57,362 bases of DNA from an uncultured Bacilli bacterium (GCA_947628895.1 CANRBS010000004.1:1-57362); one strand, 5' to 3'. Positions 39,169-48,932 are shown, counted from the first letter of the stretch. Translations and numbers: made by a program. The notes: generated from the sequence alone by a model not told the origin.

Positions 39169-40014
39169 CTATTTATACATTTTATCTAAAATTTGTTTTT
39201 TATCTTTGATAGATGTTCTTAGGTATATTCTTGTAGTTTCAACATTACCATGTCCTAAAAAATCTGATATTTCTGTTGTAGCAACACCTATTTTGCTTAA
39301 TTCAATAGCATACAGATGTCTCCAAGCATGCGGGTGTATTTTATCTTTATTAATTCTTGCTGCACCAGCTATCTTTTTTAAATTTCTCCAAATAGTAGAT
39401 GGATCTATTACTTTATTTTTATTTATCTTCTGATGAAAGATAATTCCAGATTCAATATTATTATCTTTACAATAGTGAAGTATTTCTCTTTTTAAATCGT
39501 TTCTAACAATAATATCTCTTTGTTTTCCTTTATTATAAGTTTTAAAATTTCCTAATTTAACATTTTCAACTGTAAAATCTTTTAATTCAATAACTCTTAT
39601 TCCACACAGTGCAAATATTTTAAGTATTAAATACATATCATATCTATTTAACTGCTTAGCCCATCTTAACATTCTTTTATGTTCTTGCTCATAAATAAGA
39701 TCATTAATTGAAGTCTGCAGTTGGGATTTAAATTTTTTAATTTTACAATTTTCTATTCCTAAAAACCTAATAAATTTATTAACCACAACTATATTTAAAT
39801 TAATGGATGTTATTTTAAATTGACCTTTATTTAATTGTTCTTCTAAATAATCTTTATAATCTAACAATACAAATTTATCAATAGGTTTATCTGATAACCA
39901 ATCAATAAATTTATTCAGTTGATTTTTATAAGTCGTTATTGTCTTTCTAGTTTTTTCGTTTAATCTTAATTGTATTAAAAATTCATCTATTTGTTTTATT
40001 CTTTCTTCTTTCAT
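39169..40014 (-). CDS. Tyrosine recombinase (Xer-like)
   Basis: CGIRV.EL, KGK.R, HPHAWRH, LGH....TTRIY: full catalytic set. Confidence 0.9.
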   Translation of the reverse strand: MKEERIKQIDEFLIQLRLNEKTRKTITTYKNQLNKFIDWLSDKPIDKFVLLDYKDYLEEQLNKGQFKITSINLNIVVVNKFIRFLGIENCKIKKFKSQLQTSINDLIYEQEHKRMLRWAKQLNRYDMYLILKIFALCGIRVIELKDFTVENVKLGNFKTYNKGKQRDIIVRNDLKREILHYCKDNNIESGIIFHQKINKNKVIDPSTIWRNLKKIAGAARINKDKIHPHAWRHLYAIELSKIGVATTEISDFLGHGNVETTRIYLRTSIKDKKQILDKMYK

Positions 40015-40147
40015 TTTAATACCTCACTATATTTTTTCTATGCAAGATAACCTTTATATTATATTGCACATATGTAAGATTAATTTTTGTTTGATTTTAT
40101 AAAGGTTTTATCAACATTTGTTATTTAAAATACTTTTTGCAATTTTC

Positions 40148-41539
40148 TTATCCACCAACATAAACACCATTTTTATGTGTTATTCCTTCAATTTGTGGAA
40201 TTATATTATATATTTCATCATTTTCAATACTATTTATCACATCACATACATATTTACTAGATTCTGCTAAATATTCTGAAACTTCTTGAATATTACCAAT
40301 GAAATCAAGTTTATTTGTCTTTTTATTTATACAACACACATTCCCTTTATATTTATTAGTAAAAGAAACTTTTTCATCTTGACTTTTAAACATAGAATTA
40401 AATTTTTCTATTGCTTTTAATTTTGCTTGTTGAGATGTATGAGTATAAGTTTTTAAGGTGATAGAAATATCAGAATGCCCTAAAATGTCACTAATTGTTT
40501 TTACATCAGTTCCATTTTCAATATTAATGCTAGCAAACGTATGTCTTAAAGCATGAAATTTTATAGGTTCTACTCCTGCTTTTTTCATAAAACTATTATA
40601 AAATTTTCTATATGTTCTTGGCTCAATTGGTTTATGTGAACTACTTAATACATAATCACTTTCATCTTTTTTTATTGTTTTTAATATTTCTATAATTTCA
40701 TTTAGAATTGGTATTTGTCTAATTGAATTTTTAGTTTTTCCTGGAGTAATAATTATCTTTGTAGGTTCTAATTCATCTAGTGGATTATATACTCTTTGAA
40801 TTGTTTTATTAACATTTATAATCTTTTCCTCAAAATCAATATCTTTAAATTGTAATGCACATATTTCACCAATTCTCATACCCGTATAAATTCCCAATAA
40901 TATTCCGACACTTTTTGAAGATATATTTTTTAAAATATAATCAATTATTTTTTTATATTCTTTTTCAGTATAAACTTTCTTTTGTGTTTCAATTTGTAAT
41001 GTTTGCGGTATTTTGATTTGTTTAAATGAAAAATCAGGAAATATATGTTCTTCTTGCCCATCTCGTATAACGGCTTTAACTAACAATAAAGAATCTCTTA
41101 TATAATGTTCTGAAATACCTTTCCCTTCTTTGCCACCTTTTTCTTTACACCAATATGCAAATGTTTGAAGTAATTTATTATTAAATCGTTCACAGGGTAT
41201 ATCACCTAAACAAGGTATTATATTATACATAAATAAATTGACATAATTAGCATAAGTGCTTTCTCTTATCTCGTATTTCTTTTTTTCTAACCAATATCCT
41301 GCATAATATTTAAATATTTTTGTATTTACATCTGTTGACAATTCATATTTAATTATTTTGTTTGGATTATCAATAAGATCTATTCCTAAATAATCAAATA
41401 ACTTTTGTAAATCATCTAAACATACCATTCCAGTATTATTTAATATTTCTTCTAATCCCCATTCACTTGTATTTAATATTTGAGCAATATCTTTAAAATG
41501 ATTATCAATTTTTTTAATTAATAATTCTTTTATTTTCAT
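40148..41539 (-). CDS. Tyrosine recombinase with N- and C-terminal extensions
   Basis: TGMRIGE..AL, KT.NS.R, FHALRHTFA, LGH......TY. Confidence 0.9.
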   Translation of the reverse strand: MKIKELLIKKIDNHFKDIAQILNTSEWGLEEILNNTGMVCLDDLQKLFDYLGIDLIDNPNKIIKYELSTDVNTKIFKYYAGYWLEKKKYEIRESTYANYVNLFMYNIIPCLGDIPCERFNNKLLQTFAYWCKEKGGKEGKGISEHYIRDSLLLVKAVIRDGQEEHIFPDFSFKQIKIPQTLQIETQKKVYTEKEYKKIIDYILKNISSKSVGILLGIYTGMRIGEICALQFKDIDFEEKIINVNKTIQRVYNPLDELEPTKIIITPGKTKNSIRQIPILNEIIEILKTIKKDESDYVLSSSHKPIEPRTYRKFYNSFMKKAGVEPIKFHALRHTFASINIENGTDVKTISDILGHSDISITLKTYTHTSQQAKLKAIEKFNSMFKSQDEKVSFTNKYKGNVCCINKKTNKLDFIGNIQEVSEYLAESSKYVCDVINSIENDEIYNIIPQIEGITHKNGVYVGG

Positions 41540-41708
41540 TTTTCAATTTTTTAATATCCTCTTCTATATTTTCAATTTGTATTTTTTTATAACCAAAACC
41601 ATTATCACCGGTTTCTTTAATATCTTTTTGAATTCTTTTAATGCATTCTTCTTTAAATTTAATTTGATTTTCAGTAGTTGAATTATCAATTATTTCTTTA
41701 AATTTCAT
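41514..41708 (-). CDS. Phage hypothetical protein
   Basis: Open frame with AGGAGG RBS in the early-gene run. Confidence 0.55.
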   Translation of the reverse strand: MKFKEIIDNSTTENQIKFKEECIKRIQKDIKETGDNGFGYKKIQIENIEEDIKKLKNENKRIIN

Positions 41709-41719
41709 TTTCTCCTCCT

Positions 41720-42022
41720 TTATTCTTGGGGCATTTCATAAGTATTCATTTGTTTAAACAATTCTTGCTGTTCATTTCGCGAAAATGTTTCTTGGGTTGA
41801 TTTTGTAAAAATATTTATATCCAAGCTAGCCATGTATTTATAAAACTTTATTTCATCTATATTGTTTAAAACTTCTATTGCCCTTTCTTCTGATTTATAT
41901 TTCCCAATATGTCCTATCATAGTATCACCTATGTATGAATAACCATCTTTACTTGTTGCGATATATAAATTAGGGTTGGGAATTAATCTTTTTTTATCTT
42001 GACTTCTTATCCAAAAATTCAT
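41720..42022 (-). CDS. Phage hypothetical protein
   Basis: GGAGG RBS; WIRSQDK...G.Y.SEERA.EVL..I motif. Confidence 0.65.
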   Translation of the reverse strand: MNFWIRSQDKKRLIPNPNLYIATSKDGYSYIGDTMIGHIGKYKSEERAIEVLNNIDEIKFYKYMASLDINIFTKSTQETFSRNEQQELFKQMNTYEMPQE

Positions 42023-42039
42023 ATTATTTACCTCCTATA

Positions 42040-42213
42040 TTAAATAAACTTTTTTCTTGAAGTAGTATCTTTTTTATCTATCAAATATTGATTGTTATTT
42101 GTAATATGTTTTATTACATATTTTCCATCGTGAATATTTAATATAACTCCTACTTTCTTTTTGTTAGATGATTCAGTTTTAAATTCAATTATATCTCCTG
42201 GTTTAAACTTCAT
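42040..42213 (-). CDS. 57-aa hypothetical protein, absent from the ORF track
   Basis: ATGA coupling to the upstream gene; MKFKPGDIIEF...VGVIL (KOW/SH3-like start). Confidence 0.5.
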   Translation of the reverse strand: MKFKPGDIIEFKTESSNKKKVGVILNIHDGKYVIKHITNNNQYLIDKKDTTSRKKFI

Positions 42214-42617
42214 AAATTAAGTTCCTCTAGTGAATATACTTTATTTAATTCCATATTTTTGTACATTGTACCTTTTTTAAATAATGGCAAATGTGTCATT
42301 TGATTACAGTTATATTCTGCACAGCTATCTATTGCTATTTCTTCATAATTGCTTAAAACACTACTATATTTATATATTCCAACTACCATTTCTCTAAAAG
42401 GTTTAATAACACCACTTAAATATTTTCTTTCTGCATCATTAAGTATTGGCTCTTCTAATTCTAAAGTTATCTTTATTTTTTTATTAACAAAATTAGATAT
42501 TTTTTTAAATTCTTCATGAGATAACGCTTCATTTAATGTTATTTCAGTATAATTATCTTCTAAAACATTGTGAAAACTTTCAATTCTTTTAATTTTTACA
42601 ATTTTTTCTAATTTCAT
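42210..42617 (-). CDS. Phage hypothetical protein
   Basis: ILNDAERKYL..VIKPF, LP.F...MYK.ME.NK.Y.LEEL.L motif. Confidence 0.65.
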   Translation of the reverse strand: MKLEKIVKIKRIESFHNVLEDNYTEITLNEALSHEEFKKISNFVNKKIKITLELEEPILNDAERKYLSGVIKPFREMVVGIYKYSSVLSNYEEIAIDSCAEYNCNQMTHLPLFKKGTMYKNMELNKVYSLEELNL

Positions 42618-42955
42618 TTTTTATCTACCTCTTTTTCTCTTATATTAACAATATTTTGGCATCCACATTTAGGGCAGTCAAAGCATTCATAATATTTATA
42701 ACCTTGAAATCCATTATTTTCAACAGCAATATATTTATTTTCTTTTAATAATTCAAAATTTGTTTTACAAACTTTACAAATATGTAATTTATTCTTTTTT
42801 ATCATACTATTTTTTTCCTCCAATTTAGATTTGATTTTATTAATGATATTACTAAATGTATTTGCTATTGTATGATTTAATAATAAATCATCTATAGTAA
42901 TTAAAAATACTATATACATGATACTCATACATAAAAATATTATAAAAATTGTCAT
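42614..42955 (-). CDS. Membrane-anchored zinc-ribbon protein
   Basis: N-terminal TM; CKVC...DCPKCGC. Confidence 0.6.
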   Translation of the reverse strand: MTIFIIFLCMSIMYIVFLITIDDLLLNHTIANTFSNIINKIKSKLEEKNSMIKKNKLHICKVCKTNFELLKENKYIAVENNGFQGYKYYECFDCPKCGCQNIVNIREKEVDKK

Positions 42956-42965
42956 TTTTTATCAC

Positions 42966-43234
42966 CTATTTAATTTTTCCTAATGGTTCATAATTTCCAT
43001 TTTCATTTTTAATTGTTAATGTTGGATATAATTTGCCGCATAATTCACAAAATTTTTTACCATTATCATCTGTAATAAAAATTGTTTTGTTATTGCAATT
43101 AGGACACATAATAGCATTTTTAATATGTTTATGTTGTTTTATATATTCTCTTTTTTTTTGCGATTATAACTAGTTATAGTTGATTTCCCGTTAAAAATTC
43201 CATAATCACTATAATCAAATTCATATCCTGTCAT
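42966..43234 (-). pseudogene. Zinc-ribbon gene split by a -1 frameshift at an A9 run
   Basis: ATGA-coupled start at 43234 stops after 31 codons; the -1 frame after plus-strand T9 (43151-43159) continues with CPNC...CELC to TAG at 42966. Confidence 0.45.
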
Positions 43235-43542
43235 TCTTTATCACCTCTTACAAAATTTAGGACTTCCTGATAAGTGTCATAAGTTGCTTTTTCTAATGAA
43301 TACTCATCATATATATAATTGCCATAATCTTCTTTACATTCTTTTATCTTATCTTTCAAAAAAGTAATAAGTTGTTTTTTTTCCATTTCTTTATCAAGTT
43401 TACCTTGTTCTAACCCTTTTATATATTCTTCTTTTAACATCTGATTTATAATAGGTACAATTTTATCTAAATATATGCAATCTTGACATATACCTTGTAT
43501 TTTATCTTTAATAATGCTTTCATTTAATTCTTCTTCTGTCAT
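43231..43542 (-). CDS. Phage hypothetical protein
   Basis: AGGAGG RBS; open 103-aa frame. Confidence 0.6.
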   Translation of the reverse strand: MTEEELNESIIKDKIQGICQDCIYLDKIVPIINQMLKEEYIKGLEQGKLDKEMEKKQLITFLKDKIKECKEDYGNYIYDEYSLEKATYDTYQEVLNFVRGDKE

Positions 43543-43555
43543 TTTATTTTTCCTC

Positions 43556-43726
43556 CTACCACATAATTACAATAGCTATAAAACTACCTATCATAAATAA
43601 AACTGAAATTGTTTTTACTATTACCCAAAAATTATAAGTACCATCTAACACATCTAATAAATCAAGTTTTTCCTTTTTAAATGTAATTAATGCACTAATT
43701 CCAAATATAATTATTGCTAGTTTCAT
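43556..43726 (-). CDS. 56-aa membrane protein, absent from the ORF track
   Basis: GAAAGGA RBS; two hydrophobic segments. Confidence 0.45.
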   Translation of the reverse strand: MKLAIIIFGISALITFKKEKLDLLDVLDGTYNFWVIVKTISVLFMIGSFIAIVIMW

Positions 43727-43740
43727 TTTATTTTTCCTTT

Positions 43741-43917
43741 CTAGTATTCTAAACTTACAACTAATTTATCATCTTCTACATTTATATTCCATATTGGGAA
43801 TTTTTTATAATTTTCTAGTCCTTTATCATTTTTTGAAAAAATTCCAATTCTATCTCCATAAAATAATTCAAATTCTAATTCACTATCAATTATTTCTAAT
43901 AAATCTTCTAACTTCAT
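43741..43917 (-). CDS. 58-aa hypothetical protein, absent from the ORF track
   Basis: GGAGG RBS; MKLEDLLEII... Confidence 0.5.
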   Translation of the reverse strand: MKLEDLLEIIDSELEFELFYGDRIGIFSKNDKGLENYKKFPIWNINVEDDKLVVSLEY

Positions 43918-43918
43918 T

Positions 43919-44278
43919 TTATTTTTCCTCCAATTTTTCTATTATTTTTCGTTGATTTTTAATAAGTTGATTAATATGATTACTTATATATTTTTCAGTG
44001 CCACTCATATTTAATATACCTAAATTAATATCTATTTCTTCTATATCTTCCCACTCATCATTTTCTTTTGGTAGAATTTCAACTGTATCATTTAAAATGT
44101 GTCTATTCATTACTAAATAAAATAAATTATAACCATTTTTGTCAAAGTATCCGTTTATATTTTTGTCATATTCATAGGTTGTATCTTGAAGTTTAATTTT
44201 TTTAGGTGCTTTGTCATCTTTAATAAGCCCCATTAATTCATATATTGTTATTTCTTTATTTTTCATTTTTTTTCTCAC
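43919..44278 (-). CDS. Phage hypothetical protein
   Basis: ITIYELMGLIKD.KAPKKI...; open frame. Confidence 0.6.
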   Translation of the reverse strand: MRKKMKNKEITIYELMGLIKDDKAPKKIKLQDTTYEYDKNINGYFDKNGYNLFYLVMNRHILNDTVEILPKENDEWEDIEEIDINLGILNMSGTEKYISNHINQLIKNQRKIIEKLEEK

Positions 44279-44280
44279 AA

Positions 44281-44604
44281 TTAATCATTATCTATAATTC
44301 TTCTAGGTATTTTACCTTCTGGAAAAATAAATATATAATCTTCATCTATTATTTTTTTTATTTCATCTTTAGTTAATAATTCTTTTGCAATCTCTAACTT
44401 GTAAATATTCTTTTTTGCAGCATAATATCTATTCATAACTTCAGAAGCTTCGTTCTTTGAATAATAAGATGCGAGAGCTAGATTTGAATCTAATGGTCTT
44501 ATTTCAATTTCTTGATTTTGTGGCGATCCTTTAATGATCATTATTAATTCAGTATCTTTTATAGTTCTTGTTTTATTTTGGGATACTAACAGCATCTTTA
44601 TCAT
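44281..44604 (-). CDS. Phage hypothetical protein
   Basis: LLVSQ.K...LA.Y...EA.EV motif similar to 41720-42022. Confidence 0.55.
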   Translation of the reverse strand: MIKMLLVSQNKTRTIKDTELIMIIKGSPQNQEIEIRPLDSNLALASYYSKNEASEVMNRYYAAKKNIYKLEIAKELLTKDEIKKIIDEDYIFIFPEGKIPRRIIDND

Positions 44605-45034
44605 ATCCTTTCTTTTTTAGATCTATCAATTTTTGTTTTAAAAACACTCTCGTATCTTGTGTCATTTTAACTTCTCTAAATAACACCCTTAATGCAAAAT
44701 AATAATCTTGTTCTTTTTTCTTCAAGAGTTTTTTTAAATCTTCATTTTCAAATTTTAATTTATTATTTTCTTTCGTTAAGCCACCACATTTTGCTGCATT
44801 TGTTTGTCTTCTTTTTTCAGTATCAGTTAATTGTTCTGTCAATTTATCAATTTCTTTACTTTTATCATTACTTTCTTTTCTTAAAATATGAATTGTTCTA
44901 CTGTCTATTTTTGCATTATTTTGTAATCTTTGAATTAATTCTCTATTCTCCTTATTTGTAACAACTAATGTATTAATTAATTTTTTATTTTCTTCAATTT
45001 CTTTATCTTTTTTTGTTTTTATTCCTAATATCAC
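44573..45034 (-). CDS. Coiled-coil phage protein
   Basis: Heptad-rich open frame. Confidence 0.55.
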   Translation of the reverse strand: MILGIKTKKDKEIEENKKLINTLVVTNKENRELIQRLQNNAKIDSRTIHILRKESNDKSKEIDKLTEQLTDTEKRRQTNAAKCGGLTKENNKLKFENEDLKKLLKKKEQDYYFALRVLFREVKMTQDTRVFLKQKLIDLKKKGYDKDAVSIPK

Positions 45035-45038
45035 TTTT

Positions 45039-45962
45039 TTATTCTCCTTCTTTTCTAAAATTATTTATAAAATCTTTAAATTCTTTATCATCAATTTTTT
45101 CTCCTGATTTTTTAATTTCTTCATTAACCCAATCAGGAACAGGTACAACCCTTTTACCTTTATTATTCTTTTTTTCAAACTTATCCTCAAAATTAATTAT
45201 TTCTTTTAACGTTTCCAAATTATCTTGTTTCCAATTTTTTAAAATACCTTTTGTGTAATTCAAGCTTTGTTTTCCAGCTTCTAAAGTTTTTTTAAAAGCA
45301 TATAATGTAATATCTGGATGATATTTTTCTATCAATAGTTCTATTTGCTCATATTCATATGAACTAATAGTTCTATTAAAATTATTTTCTATAAAAGAAA
45401 CTATATTATTAATATCAATATTATTTAAATTATTATCTAAATTATTAATATTACTATTTAATTTATTATTAATATTTTTATTATTATTTTTATTATTATT
45501 TATATTATTATTAACATTAACATTAACAACTTGTTGTGCATACTCGTTTGCATACCCATTTGCATTATCGTTTGCATACTTGTTTGCATTATCGTTTGCA
45601 TACTCGTTTGCATTATCGTTTGCATACTCGTTTGCATACTCGTTTGCATTATCATTTGCATACCCGTTTGCATTATCATTTGCATACCCGTTTGCATTAT
45701 CATTTGTATGCCATCTAGTATTTGCAGCTTTTGATCTTTTAATATATTTTTCTATTGGTCTTTTTAAATTTACAAAGACAGCCATTTGTCTAGGGTTTAA
45801 ATTATCTGGTGGTTCTTCGTTTAATCCAAATTTTACGAGTGCAAGTAATAATTCTCCTTGTTCTTTATCACTTAAAACGGATATTAAATCAAAGTATTCT
45901 CTATAAATTGTAAATGATTTTATCATTTTCCCTCCTAAAATTTTTAACACAAAATAATCCAT
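45039..45962 (-). CDS. Replication initiator (DUF6291-like N-terminus, DnaD-like C-terminus)
   Basis: KSF..Y..Y...I..LSD..QGELL; FIENNFNR.IS..E...I, Y..GILKNW, VPDW; probable start ATG at 45926. Confidence 0.82.
   Translation of the reverse strand: MDYFVLKILGGKMIKSFTIYREYFDLISVLSDKEQGELLLALVKFGLNEEPPDNLNPRQMAVFVNLKRPIEKYIKRSKAANTRWHTNDNANGYANDNANGYANDNANEYANEYANDNANEYANDNANKYANDNANGYANEYAQQVVNVNVNNNINNNKNNNKNINNKLNSNINNLDNNLNNIDINNIVSFIENNFNRTISSYEYEQIELLIEKYHPDITLYAFKKTLEAGKQSLNYTKGILKNWKQDNLETLKEIINFEDKFEKKNNKGKRVVPVPDWVNEEIKKSGEKIDDKEFKDFINNFRKEGE
45537..45704. repeat. Fourteen tandem 12-bp iteron-like repeats (probable phage origin)
   Basis: Units TGCATACTCGTT / TGCATTATCRTT / TGCATACCCRTT counted by hand; adjacent to an extremely AT-rich tract at ~45400-45530. 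Confidence 0.85.
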
Positions 45963-46128
45963 AATATAATTATTAATTTATATTTAGACCAAACCCCTGA
46001 ATAATAGTTGTATTTGCTCCCCAAACATTTCCAAAAAGAGCAAAATACAATAATAAAATAAAGAAAGAAGTTAAATTAGTTTTATAAGTAGGAGTGTAAA
46101 TGGTTTTGAAATGTTTGTTTTAGAAAAA

Positions 46129-46446
46129 TTAAATTATCTTATTTTTATTAACATCTTGTAAATCGTTTTCAAGTTTTAAAATTTTCAATCTATAATCTTT
46201 AATTTCATTTTGATATTCGTGCTTTTGTTTACGATATTTTTGTAATAAAAATTCTGCATCATCTATTTTCTGATTAATAAAATCAGAATTTACATATATT
46301 TCTAGATCTTTTATTTTTTGATTTGCAAGATCTAGTTCATTTTTGTATTTTTCATTTAGCATTTCTAGATTGTTTAATAATTTTATTAATTTAGACTGTT
46401 TATACACATATCTTGCTATTTTTTTTATTTTATCTTTTACTTTCAT
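46129..46446 (-). CDS. Coiled-coil hypothetical protein
   Basis: GGAGG RBS; heptad pattern. Confidence 0.55.
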   Translation of the reverse strand: MKVKDKIKKIARYVYKQSKLIKLLNNLEMLNEKYKNELDLANQKIKDLEIYVNSDFINQKIDDAEFLLQKYRKQKHEYQNEIKDYRLKILKLENDLQDVNKNKII

Positions 46447-46543
46447 TTTTCCTCCAATTGTTTAAAAAAAGTTGTATTTTTTTCTCCACATTTGATATAA
46501 TATATTGCAGAGAAAAAACAATGCTATGTTTATTTCTCTCTTT

Positions 46544-46759
46544 TTATTTCCATAATTTTAGAACTTCGTGTCTAAAATTTTTAATATTTTGATACCCTAT
46601 AATAGTTACTATAAATAATGCAGTTGAAATTAATGTAATAACAAGCATTCTCCAATCTTTTAAATCACAACCTGATTCATAAAGACTCCAAGCAATTATT
46701 GTTACAATTCCAACTAATATTGCTATTATTGTTTCCCATTTAATTTTAAATAGTTTCAT
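46544..46759 (-). CDS. Two-TM membrane protein
   Basis: GAGGTG RBS; two hydrophobic helices. Confidence 0.55.
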   Translation of the reverse strand: MKLFKIKWETIIAILVGIVTIIAWSLYESGCDLKDWRMLVITLISTALFIVTIIGYQNIKNFRHEVLKLWK

Positions 46760-47082
46760 TATTATTCACCTCACTTCCTAATACTTTCTTTAAATGATCT
46801 TCTAACTCTTTTATCATTTCTTTTGCTTTATCTTCATCTGGTTTATTTATTACAATAACTTTATAATCATTCATATAAATAACCTCCTAATAAATGATAT
46901 TTAATTGTCGTGGTAATTTGTTTTTTTATTTTATTTAATAATTTCTTTCTAACACTTTTTGAATTGAATATTAGCTGTATTCAATTCTTTTTTATTTATT
47001 TCTTTAATAATTAAATTAATAAATTCTTCTTTTTCTTTTTCTGTTAAGTTTTTAAATAATTCTAATAAATTCATAATTTCTC

Positions 47083-47310
47083 CTAACAATCATTTTTACT
47101 GTAACTTTTTTCAGTTACATCATTTTCAAAAAAAATATTTTCATATTTATCATTTAATATTTTCAATATTTTTTTTACTTCAACTAAATTAAAATCAAGT
47201 TTTCCATTTTCTTTTAAATTATAATTATTTTTAGAAATTCCTAATAATTCTGCCATTTTTTCTTGTGTAATTTTTAGTTCATTCCTTTTTCCAATTAATT
47301 TTGGATACAT
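47083..47310 (-). CDS. Cro-like XRE-family HTH regulator
   Basis: ITQEKMAELLGIS...Y..KENG; divergent from the repressor. Confidence 0.85.
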   Translation of the reverse strand: MYPKLIGKRNELKITQEKMAELLGISKNNYNLKENGKLDFNLVEVKKILKILNDKYENIFFENDVTEKSYSKNDC

Positions 47311-47431
47311 TTTTATATTCTCCTTTCTTGTAACTTATTTCAGTTACAATTTTATGATAGCATAAAGAAATTTTGTTGTCAACAATAAAAGTTACAAAAA
47401 TATTGATTTTTTCACTTTATTTGGTTATAAT
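47100..47431. promoter_or_regulatory. Lysis-lysogeny switch: divergent promoters and operators
   Basis: TGTAACT-N6-AGTTACA at 47100-47119 and 47329-47348, partial site at 47377-47396; minus-strand TTGACA-17-TATCAT; plus-strand TTGATT-17-TATAAT (47403-47431). Confidence 0.75.
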
Positions 47432-47454
47432 ATTATTTGAAAGGAGAATAATAT

Positions 47455-48174
47455 ATGAATTTTGATAATGAAGAAAATTTAGATTATCAATTAAATAAGG
47501 TAGCTTCAATTATCATTAAAGAAAAAAGAAATAAAAAAGGTATAAGTTTAGATGAACTTGCAAATAGACTAAATAATGTCGTAACTAAACAATCTCTTTA
47601 CAGATATGAAAACAATGAAGCAAGAATGAAAAATAAAATTTTTAAAAAAATATGTTTAGCATTAAACGAAAATCCATCAGATGTATGGGAAGAAATAAAT
47701 AATCGTTTTATAAGCCATTTAGATTTTGATAATGCTAACTTTTTAGATATAGAAAGTGATACAATACAAATACCTGTATTAGGAACAATTAAAGCAGGTA
47801 TACCTATTGAAGCACAAGCAGATATATTAGAATATATAGATATACCTAAAAATTGGTTAAAAGGTGGAAAAAAATTCTATGGACTAAAAATATCTGGTGA
47901 TAGTATGTTTCCAAAATATAGTGAAAACGATATTGTTATATTTGAACAAACTAATGATTACACATTAGCAAATAATAAAGATTGTGCTGTTATGGTTAAT
48001 GGATTTGATGCTACATTTAAAAATGTTACTTTAAACGAAAATGGCATAACTCTTGTACCATTAAATTTAAATAATCAAGATAATTATTTACCAACTTTTT
48101 ATAATAAGGAAGAAATTGAAAAATTACCTGTTAAAATTATTGGAATAGCAAGAGAAAAAAGAACAAGATTATAG
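47455..48174 (+). CDS. CI-like repressor (XRE HTH + S24 peptidase)
   Basis: HTH, IKAG.P Ala-Gly cleavage site, GDSM.P catalytic Ser, ATFK Lys. Confidence 0.92.
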   Translation: MNFDNEENLDYQLNKVASIIIKEKRNKKGISLDELANRLNNVVTKQSLYRYENNEARMKNKIFKKICLALNENPSDVWEEINNRFISHLDFDNANFLDIESDTIQIPVLGTIKAGIPIEAQADILEYIDIPKNWLKGGKKFYGLKISGDSMFPKYSENDIVIFEQTNDYTLANNKDCAVMVNGFDATFKNVTLNENGITLVPLNLNNQDNYLPTFYNKEEIEKLPVKIIGIAREKRTRL

Positions 48175-48198
48175 GAAATTGAAGGAAGAGGTAGTATT

Positions 48199-48912
48199 AT
48201 GGTTGACTATGAGATTAAAAATAAAAAAATTACTTTGTTATTATGTATATTTGGTGGTTATTTAGGATTACATCACTTTTATAATAAACAATATAAAAAA
48301 GGTATTTTATATATATTTACAGTTGGTTTATTTTATATAGGTTGGATCGTTGATATCATATTAATATGGCAAAAAAAAGAAAATGAAAATGAAATAACAC
48401 AAAATATTGAAACAATTAATAAAAATGATGAAGAAATAAAAAATAAAGCAATCATATTTGACTGTGTAGGCGAGTCATTTGATAATGATGATGGTGTTAA
48501 TAGACAAACAAGAATAAAGCAAATTCTTAAAAATTATAAAGAAAGTGATGATTACATAAAAGAAAAAGCATTTAAAGGATATACTAACGAAGAAATTTTA
48601 AAATATGATGCTAATATAAGTGAATTTGAAGATATAGCTTTTAAAGGAAACTTTAAAGAATTTAACTACAAAGGAGAAAGAGCATTTGCAATATATATGA
48701 ATGATTTTAAAAATAATGAATATCAAATTGGTAATATTGCTAGAAAAGATATTCCTAAATTTTTAGAAATAATTGAAAATCATAAAATAATTAATTTAAA
48801 ATTATATGTTATAGGTGGAACTTATAAATATTCTAATACCAATGGAGGTAAACAATCTGTTGCTACAAAAACATTTGATTATGGAATAAAAATGAAAATC
48901 ATTTATGAATAA
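48199..48912 (+). CDS. TM2-domain membrane protein with soluble C-terminal domain
   Basis: LLCIFGGYLGLHHFY....KGILY.FT.GLF.IGW.VD. Confidence 0.75.
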   Translation: MVDYEIKNKKITLLLCIFGGYLGLHHFYNKQYKKGILYIFTVGLFYIGWIVDIILIWQKKENENEITQNIETINKNDEEIKNKAIIFDCVGESFDNDDGVNRQTRIKQILKNYKESDDYIKEKAFKGYTNEEILKYDANISEFEDIAFKGNFKEFNYKGERAFAIYMNDFKNNEYQIGNIARKDIPKFLEIIENHKIINLKLYVIGGTYKYSNTNGGKQSVATKTFDYGIKMKIIYE

Positions 48913-48932
48913 TAAATTAGAGGAGATTTAAA

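Noticed and set aside
39169-41539. Tyrosine recombinases as the prophage integrase or as a prophage boundary
   Set aside because: The att cores and inverted arms abut the serine recombinase, and phage genes continue on both sides of these ORFs.
45500-45906. Four overlapping ORFs (MQT/LCI/HTRL/FAYS repeats)
   Set aside because: These are stop-free alternative frames of the 12-bp repeat array inside the initiator gene.
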